A stretch of 64,000 bases of DNA from Candidatus Portnoybacteria bacterium RBG_19FT_COMBO_36_7 (GTDB lineage: Bacteria; Patescibacteriota; Minisyncoccia; Portnoybacterales; GWB1-42-6), in assembly GCA_001819495.1 (NCBI GenBank), contig MHMW01000021.1:10706-74705 (forward strand). The letters run 5' to 3'. Each line of letters begins with the position of its first letter. The stretch's first letter is position 1. The notes beneath the pieces were generated by a model. That model was not told the origin of the DNA, made no database searches, and saw nothing but the letters and a program-made list of their open reading frames with translations. The position numbers were made by a program, and so were the translations under genes. Positions 57,865 through 64,000 of the stretch are shown one piece after another.

Positions 57865-59139
57865 TTATTTTTTCTTTTTGGTTTTTTTCTTTTTTGGCTC
57901 TTTTTCCTCATTTTTTTCTTCTTTCGCTTCTTTTTTGTCTTCTTTCGTCTCCGCTATTTCCGATTCTTTAGATTTCCCTTCTTCATTTTGAACAGCTTTG
58001 CCTTGACCAGTCAAAACATCTATTTTCCAACCAGTCAGCCGAGCCGCCAGCCTGACATTCTGTCCTTTTTTGCCAATAGCCAAAGAAAGCTGGTCTTCGG
58101 GCACTTCAACTTGGGCAATTTTTTGTTCTACATTAATATCTACGTTCAAAACTTTTGCCGGCGCCAGAGCATTTGAAATAAATTTTGCCGGATTTTCTGA
58201 CCATTCTATTATGTCTATCTTCTCTCCGCCAAGCTCATTAATGACTGCCTGAACTCTTGTACCCCGCTGGCCGACACACGAACCTATCGGATCTACTCCT
58301 TCTTCGGTTGAAACAACTGCTATTTTTGAACGCGATCCGGCTTCTCTGGCTATTAACTTTATTTCAACCGTCCCAGCGGCGATTTCGGGCACCTCTAGTT
58401 CAAAAAGCTGAGCAATCATCTTGGGATGTGAACGCGAAAGCAGGACGCCCGAACCCTTGGGGTCTTTCTGAACTTCTAAGATCAAGAAACGCAGCCGCTG
58501 ACCGGGCCGGTAAAATTCGCCCTGGATCTGTTCTTCAGAAAAAATCACGCCGATGGTGCGGCCGATATCCACAAATACCGCTCCTCTCTCAAGCCGCTGG
58601 ACAATGCCCGAAACAACCTGACCTTCTTTATTCTTATATTCGTCATAAACTGCTTCTCTTTCGGCTTCGCGAATCCGCTGGATAATTACCTGCTTGGCTG
58701 TCTGCGCCGCGATCCGGCCAAAATCCTGATGGGCTTCAATGTCCATCTGCGTTTCTTCGCCTGGTTTTATTTTTTTACTGATTTTCTTGGCCTCATCAAT
58801 CATAATATGTTTTTCGGGATTAAAACGCACTTTTCTTATTTCGCCTTCAGCCAATTCTTTCTCTTCAATTTCACGTTCTGTCTGACCAGCTTCCATTTCT
58901 CTGACAATCTCTTCTTCTGACTTAATCATTGATTCATCTACCACCAGCTTTATCTGGTACATCTTGACTTTACCTGTTCTCAGGTCAAAATGAGCCCTGA
59001 TATTTTGGCCTTTATGTCCATAGTCTTTTTTATAAGCAGCCGCAACCGCCATCTCAATGGTTTCAATTACCTTTTCTTTTGAGATGCCTTTTTCCTCACA
59101 AATCTGATCAATGGCTGATGAAAATTGTTGTAAATCCAC
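57865..59139 (-). CDS. nusA: Transcription termination factor NusA
   Basis: FGRIAAQTAKQ, LSRSHP, AREAGSRSK, AIGKKGQNVRLA; GTG start. Confidence 0.97.
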   Translation of the reverse strand: MDLQQFSSAIDQICEEKGISKEKVIETIEMAVAAAYKKDYGHKGQNIRAHFDLRTGKVKMYQIKLVVDESMIKSEEEIVREMEAGQTEREIEEKELAEGEIRKVRFNPEKHIMIDEAKKISKKIKPGEETQMDIEAHQDFGRIAAQTAKQVIIQRIREAEREAVYDEYKNKEGQVVSGIVQRLERGAVFVDIGRTIGVIFSEEQIQGEFYRPGQRLRFLILEVQKDPKGSGVLLSRSHPKMIAQLFELEVPEIAAGTVEIKLIAREAGSRSKIAVVSTEEGVDPIGSCVGQRGTRVQAVINELGGEKIDIIEWSENPAKFISNALAPAKVLNVDINVEQKIAQVEVPEDQLSLAIGKKGQNVRLAARLTGWKIDVLTGQGKAVQNEEGKSKESEIAETKEDKKEAKEEKNEEKEPKKKKTKKKK

Positions 59140-59310
59140 GTTCGCTTACGCTCAAGTTAAAAATTAAAAGTGACAACTTTGTTGTCATCCTGAGGGCGAA
59201 GCCCGAAGGATCCTGCTGAATTTCCATAAAGTCCTCCCTTAACGCTCAGGATGGCGCCATGCGCCAGTTTTTAATTTTTAATTGTCGTTTTTACTTTTTA
59301 TATTTTACTC
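59140..59310. repeat. Composite element: AT-rich inverted array with nested GTCATCCTGAG...CTCAGGATGGC palindrome
   Basis: cgctcaagttaaaaattaaaagtgac matches the 16S insertion ends; inner gtcatcctgagggcgaagcccgaaggatc. Confidence 0.75.
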
Positions 59311-59393
59311 TTTAAATTTATAAATAGGCCCGCTCACGCGGACCCATAAACCTACCTATCTGTATCTATACTATTATATAGCACGCTTTCTTG

Positions 59394-59801
59394 TCAATAT
59401 CCGTACACGGCCCGCTCCAAATGCCGGATAATGTGCCGATTCGCGGCTCGGTCAAATTCAATCGCGATGACGTCAATCTGCCAAGGAATCTCCGGGCTGA
59501 CTTTATTGAATTTAAGATAGCATTCAGCGGATTTTATCAAGTGCTTTTGTTTAAAATAATCCACATTCTGCTCGGCTTGGCCGATAAATTGCGCATCAGC
59601 CATGTCAATCGTTTTGACCTCAACAAAAACAATGGCTTTTGTTTTTTTAAAAATTTTGCCCGAGGTTTTTGCCGCCACAATATCAAGCTCGCCCAATTTG
59701 CATTTCCAGTTACGGCTCAGAATCCGGTAGCCTTTTTGCTTCAAAAAATTCTCCGCTATTTTTTCGCCTTCGGCCCCCAAAATTTGATTTTCCCTGCGCA
59801 T
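59394..59801 (-). CDS. YraN/UPF0102 family protein
   Basis: LGAEGE..A..FL..KGY.I..RNW, GELDIV, FVEVK, DVIAI. Confidence 0.92.
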   Translation of the reverse strand: MRRENQILGAEGEKIAENFLKQKGYRILSRNWKCKLGELDIVAAKTSGKIFKKTKAIVFVEVKTIDMADAQFIGQAEQNVDYFKQKHLIKSAECYLKFNKVSPEIPWQIDVIAIEFDRAANRHIIRHLERAVYGY

Positions 59802-59897
59802 CAGATTATATTTAAATATAGTCCTTTTCATTCTATCATAAAGGGTTCTACTTCGTCCCGCTGAGCGGGACTACGGACGACCAAAGGAGGTGATCAA

Positions 59898-60476
59898 ATG
59901 AACGCTTGGTATAAAATTGCCAGGTTTTTGGGTAAAATCATCTTGTTTTTTGGGCCACCGGTTCTGGTTTTTGGCAGCCTGCCAGAGAATCCAGCCGTCA
60001 TCTTTTCTAACCATTACAGCTTTCTTGACCCGCCGCTGCTGGCCATAATGCTTAACCGCCGATTATGGTTTCTGGCCTTGCCCGAGGTATTGGAATGGAA
60101 ATTCATCGGCTGGCTTATCAGAAAATCTCGTTCGGCTATATCTATTTCTTCTACTGGTCCGTTCGGCTTAAAAGGCGCTATTAAGATTTTGAAAAGTGGC
60201 GGGACAATCGTCATTTTTCCAGAAGGCACAAGATCCGAGACTCGTGAGGTTCAGGATTTCAAACCTGGTCTGGCTATGCTAACCAAATTTGCCAAGGCAG
60301 TTCCAATTGCGATTGACGGCACTTTTGAAGCCTGGCCCCGCGGCAGACGGCTGCCCAGACGATACAAAATTAAGATCTTAATCGGCAAGCCGATTGAATT
60401 TTCTCCTGAACAGGAAAACGAAGAAATCGTCAGAATCGCAAAAAAAGAAATCTCATTGCTCCTTCGCCAGGGATAA
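59898..60476 (+). CDS. Lysophospholipid acyltransferase (PlsC-like)
   Basis: NHYSFLD (HX4D), IFPEGTRS; GGAGG RBS. Confidence 0.9.
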   Translation: MNAWYKIARFLGKIILFFGPPVLVFGSLPENPAVIFSNHYSFLDPPLLAIMLNRRLWFLALPEVLEWKFIGWLIRKSRSAISISSTGPFGLKGAIKILKSGGTIVIFPEGTRSETREVQDFKPGLAMLTKFAKAVPIAIDGTFEAWPRGRRLPRRYKIKILIGKPIEFSPEQENEEIVRIAKKEISLLLRQG

Positions 60477-60551
60477 AATCCCTGGCTTATTTTTTTCAAC
60501 CAAAAAAGTCCCTGACGGGCTTTTTCATACGGCAATAAATTTTATCCACAA

Positions 60552-61601
60552 TCATTCTGCCAGCGATGCCTGAAAGCTATTGCTGATACTGATTTTGACC
60601 GGTTCAATACTTTTTACATCCTTGCTCTCCAAAATTACTTTTAACATCATCCCTTCCATTGTTTCTTTTGAAAAACTCTGGTCAAAAATGAAATTGCCCA
60701 GGCTATAGGCGATAAAGCCATCTTTGTATTGTTCAATTTCCTGGACCACATGCGGATGATGGCCGACAACAAGATTGGCACCCGCGTCAATCGCGCTCCG
60801 AGAAACATCTTTTTGAAAATTATTTGCGGCCTGCTTGTATTCATCGCCAAAGTGCAGCGAGACGACCACAAAATCCGATATTTTTTTGGCGTCTGAAATA
60901 TCTTGAGCTATTCTTTCTTTGCTCGACCAGGCAATGCCCGAGCTGCTCGCAACTGCTTCAGTGTATTTTGCGCCCAAAGCCGTATAGGCTAAAAATCCCA
61001 ATTTAACTCCGCTAATTTCTATAATTTTTGCGTTGTGCGCTTCCTGCTCATTCAGCCCGCCGCCGGCAATTTCAATGCCGTTGTCTTGCAAAATTTTAAA
61101 TGTATCGTCCATGGCGATTTTTCCCCAATCGCCGATGTGATTATTGGCCACGGATAAAATATCAAAACCCGCATGCTTCAGTCCTTCAACAACTTTCGGG
61201 TCCGCCCGAAAAGAATAAATACTACCAACATTCCTGCCCCGTTCCGAAATTGCACCTTCTAAATTCCCGAAAGTCAGATCTGCTCCGGCCAGATACTCAC
61301 CAATCTTTTCAAACGGCCAAATCCAATTATCTAATTTTTCCATCTTATCCCCTACTGCGCGCGCCAGCATGATATCGCCGACAAACATCATGGTAATTAC
61401 TTTTTTTATTTCTTCCGTGGCAGTAACTGCGGCTGGCGAAGCAGTTTGGACAACATTTTTTTGCTCTCCTTGCTCAAAAACAAAAAAAGTGGCCGGTTTC
61501 AAAAATCTAAACCAAGCCACTGCGCCTGCCGCTAATATTAAAACAAGTGCTAAAACCGCCAGAATAATATTGCGATTCCTTATGCTTTTCTCTTCAGTCA
61601 T
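60552..61601 (-). CDS. CapA/PGA_cap family metallophosphatase-like protein
   Basis: VGDIML, GNLEG, ANNH, SLHFG.E, GHHPHV, YSLGNFIFD. Confidence 0.92.
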   Translation of the reverse strand: MTEEKSIRNRNIILAVLALVLILAAGAVAWFRFLKPATFFVFEQGEQKNVVQTASPAAVTATEEIKKVITMMFVGDIMLARAVGDKMEKLDNWIWPFEKIGEYLAGADLTFGNLEGAISERGRNVGSIYSFRADPKVVEGLKHAGFDILSVANNHIGDWGKIAMDDTFKILQDNGIEIAGGGLNEQEAHNAKIIEISGVKLGFLAYTALGAKYTEAVASSSGIAWSSKERIAQDISDAKKISDFVVVSLHFGDEYKQAANNFQKDVSRSAIDAGANLVVGHHPHVVQEIEQYKDGFIAYSLGNFIFDQSFSKETMEGMMLKVILESKDVKSIEPVKISISNSFQASLAE

Positions 61602-62226
61602 GAATTATAATTTGAGTGCCCGCATCCGCCCAGTTATAAAGACCTTCCATGTTGGCATAAGAAACATTGATGCATCCGTGGCTCATCGGCTGGCCAAAAT
61701 TATTATGCCAATAAGCGCCGTGGATGTAGTAACGCGGTAAAAACTGCAGATTCCATTTGGTATTGGGAAAATAATAATCCGGCCCTACATATAACACCAC
61801 CGGCCTCTTTACCTGAACTTTAAATGTGCCTTTTGGCGTCGGCATCCACCTGACGCCAGAACTGATCAAAAAACTGCCAACTTCTAATCCGTCCGGATTA
61901 TAATACCTGAGTTTCTGCTCGCTCAAATCAATATCTATTAATTTATGGGGTCCAGTATCCTCGACCACAACAGGAGGCGTGCTGCTCGCAGAGTTGCCAT
62001 CTGCCTCTGTTTCTAATTCCTGCTTTTTTGGAGCGTCTTCTGCGATCGGTAGCGCTTGCACCGGAACAACACTCATCTTTTTCGCGCTGACTGTTGCCAA
62101 AGAATTATCCGGCATCACCTTTTTAGCGGCAGTGTTTTCAATCCTGGCCCAAGCATAAAAGCCAGCCCCTGCCAGAATAAACAGACCCAGGCTACAAATA
62201 ACTATAATTTTATAAATTTTCTTCAT
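61594..62226 (-). CDS. L,D-transpeptidase (YkuD domain)
   Basis: IDLSEQ, TPKGTF, IHGAYWH...SHGCIN. Confidence 0.93.
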   Translation of the reverse strand: MKKIYKIIVICSLGLFILAGAGFYAWARIENTAAKKVMPDNSLATVSAKKMSVVPVQALPIAEDAPKKQELETEADGNSASSTPPVVVEDTGPHKLIDIDLSEQKLRYYNPDGLEVGSFLISSGVRWMPTPKGTFKVQVKRPVVLYVGPDYYFPNTKWNLQFLPRYYIHGAYWHNNFGQPMSHGCINVSYANMEGLYNWADAGTQIIIHD

Positions 62227-62280
62227 ATCTTTAAGATAAATCTTTTTCTGGATTAATACGATTCAAAAGCCCAAAAGTTA

Positions 62281-62865
62281 CTATTCCTGTTCCCCTGCTA
62301 TTTCAAGCACGGCCTCAAGCGCCGACGGCAATTCTTTGATGCCGTCGTTTCCCGAAAAATGTCCTTTTTGATGTTCAACGATAATTTTTGCTCCTACCCT
62401 TTCTTTCCATGACTCTTTATTTTTCGGATTGACAAACGGGTCGTTGTCAGAAAAAATGGCAATGGCGCGATTAACTGCCTGGCGAATTTTTTTGTCGTCT
62501 CTGGACTCGTTGACCCAAGGCCCGACAATCCGCTTTTCCTCTTCGGTTTCAAGATTCCGCAGATTATACCAGCCGGCGACAAAAACCGCGCCGCCGATTT
62601 TGATGCCTTCAGGCAGAGTCTGCAAATACCTAATAATAGTCTGGCAGCCGATGGAATGACCGACCAAAAAAGTGTTCTCATCCGGCTGGCCGACAAGTTT
62701 TGACAAATAAGGGATCCAGGTTTCAATTTTGGGATTTTCGGTGTCCGGCATGGCCGGAACTTGCACCACAAAACCCCGTTTTTTCAGCTCGGCCTTAAGC
62801 CAAGGAAACCACCCTTCTTTTGGATTTCCTCCCCAGCCGTGGATTATAAAGACTCGTTTTGACAT
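62281..62865 (-). CDS. RBBP9/YdeN-family alpha/beta hydrolase
   Basis: IIHGWGG...WFPWL, VGHSIG, SDNDPFV, GHF. Confidence 0.92.
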   Translation of the reverse strand: MSKRVFIIHGWGGNPKEGWFPWLKAELKKRGFVVQVPAMPDTENPKIETWIPYLSKLVGQPDENTFLVGHSIGCQTIIRYLQTLPEGIKIGGAVFVAGWYNLRNLETEEEKRIVGPWVNESRDDKKIRQAVNRAIAIFSDNDPFVNPKNKESWKERVGAKIIVEHQKGHFSGNDGIKELPSALEAVLEIAGEQE

Positions 62866-62868
62866 ATG

Positions 62869-63079
62869 TGGACCCACCGGGAATTGAACCCGGACCTTAG
62901 CAACCCGCCTCCGCCGTAATCGTGGACCGAAGGGGATTTGAACCCCTGACCCCTGCAATGCGAATGCAGTGCTCTACCGCTGAGCTATCGGCCCACGGCT
63001 ACGGCGGGCGCAGTGCGAATGCTTGCCCACCAAAGCATTGGCGACAATGGGCAATGTATTACCACTATACTACAGGCCC
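62869..63079 (-). pseudogene. Outer tRNA-Ala(CGC) split by two insertions (62904-63013 and 63024-63053)
   Basis: Joined pieces give a 71-nt cloverleaf GGGCCTG-TA-GTAT-AGTGGTA-ATAC-A-TAGCA-TT-CGC-AT-TGCTA-AGGT-CCGGG-TTCAATT-CCCGG-TGGGTCC-A with G3:U70. Confidence 0.85.
62923..62994 (-). tRNA. Inner intact tRNA-Ala(CGC)
   Basis: GGGCCGA/TCGGTCC (G3:U70), CTGCA-TT-CGC-AT-TGCAG, GGTTCAAATCC. Confidence 0.95.
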
Positions 63080-63113
63080 TTATTTATTTTTTGAATTTAT
63101 TGACAGCTATAAT

Positions 63114-63551
63114 TCATTCCCTTTTATTAGCCAGAAAATGAACCAATGATTCTGTGTCGTCGAAAACTTTAGCATAGATAGACTCTATCCATCCTTGAAC
63201 TTTTTCTCCAAAACCTTTCAAATTATTTGTTCTTACACCATATAAGGGTTTACCCAAACCCTTAGCATAGCCGCTTTCAGCATAAATCCCCGGCGTGTTG
63301 CCCAGCAAAACAATTACACCCTTAGCTTTTTTGATTAACTCAAACTCTTTTCTGCACAACCAACCCCCAGACCTACTTTGAGGTAAATCGCGCAATGCGA
63401 CCACAATTCTTAAACCGCTTTCTTCAAGCTGGTTTACGATGTTACGCCATTCTTTATGCATTTTTCTATCCCACCGCAATCTCCTACCGTTCCAAGAATA
63501 AAGCGGAGTACATAGAAAATAATAAGGTTTTCTTTCGGTAGTTTTTTTCAT
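63114..63551 (-). CDS. Nucleoside 2-deoxyribosyltransferase-like protein
   Basis: EFELIKKAKGVIV...GIYAESGYAKGLGKP resembles the NDT G..xE.GYA..GKP motif. Confidence 0.6.
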   Translation of the reverse strand: MKKTTERKPYYFLCTPLYSWNGRRLRWDRKMHKEWRNIVNQLEESGLRIVVALRDLPQSRSGGWLCRKEFELIKKAKGVIVLLGNTPGIYAESGYAKGLGKPLYGVRTNNLKGFGEKVQGWIESIYAKVFDDTESLVHFLANKRE

Positions 63552-63604
63552 ATCTTCATCATTTTTATTCCCCCTGCCTCATGGCACCTCTTAAACTAAA
63601 TCAC

Positions 63605-63907
63605 TTAATCACTAAACACTTTCTTTATTATCCCTGCCTCTTTTTGCAAAACTTCGTTCTCTTCGTATTCGCCGGAATGGGCGGGCGAACCAGAATACGA
63701 TGGCTCTTTCTGGTCTAAATGCAAATTCACAAAAACAAAATCCCCTTCTCTTTTGATATAAACGTGGAATTTCGGATAATCGCCCGAACTTAGGCGGCGC
63801 TCATATGCCTCCTCCTCTATCCGCTCGTCACGCCCAACATAGCTATAACCCGCTTGTCTCATTAGATTCAAAGGAGAGTCTTTTATATTTTTGAAATTCA
63901 ATCGCAT
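63605..63907 (-). CDS. Conserved hypothetical protein
   Basis: MRQAGY, YPKFHVY, NLHLDQK.PSY...AHSGEY. Confidence 0.7.
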   Translation of the reverse strand: MRLNFKNIKDSPLNLMRQAGYSYVGRDERIEEEAYERRLSSGDYPKFHVYIKREGDFVFVNLHLDQKEPSYSGSPAHSGEYEENEVLQKEAGIIKKVFSD

Positions 63908-64000
63908 AAACTATAAAATCTAAAACGTTTTGACATTTGAGCTTTGGACTTGATTTAAAATTTGAACTTTGACATTTTTTAATTCAGTCTTTTCTGCACT

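Noticed and set aside
62866-62958. N-terminal extension of the alpha/beta hydrolase and ORF 62922-63149
   Set aside because: These translate the nested tRNA locus; the hydrolase family starts at MSKRVFIIHG

Overview
64-kb chromosomal window from a reduced-genome bacterium, most likely Patescibacteria/CPR (Parcubacteria-like). This placement is inferred from the stand-alone divergent 16S, the short ValRS, the VirB2-like pilin array and the group 3b hydrogenase. Gene content is mostly housekeeping (tsaD, valS, gap, trxB, mutM, gyrA, rpsA, ftsH, rplS, HU, rny, clpP, tig, hppA, nusA), plus a [NiFe]-hydrogenase cluster with minimal maturation genes, a MacAB-like exporter, four tandem pilins and envelope enzymes. 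RNA genes are one unlinked 16S rRNA with two hairpin insertions and 8 intact tRNAs. The most striking signal is non-coding. A complete tRNA-Ala(CGC) sits in the loop of a GC-rich palindrome that is itself inserted in the anticodon arm of a second, divergent tRNA-Ala(CGC), i.e. a tRNA inside a tRNA. Partial versions of this layout occur at tRNA-Ile(TAT) and tRNA-Val(TAC), and tRNA-Gly has a duplicated 3' end beside a broken GIY-YIG nuclease. Several further small palindromic/MITE-like families occur between genes, inside the 16S rRNA and in frame inside proteins, and a DUF559 nuclease gene is flanked by its own REP-like repeats. All calls come from reading the sequence; no database searches were run.
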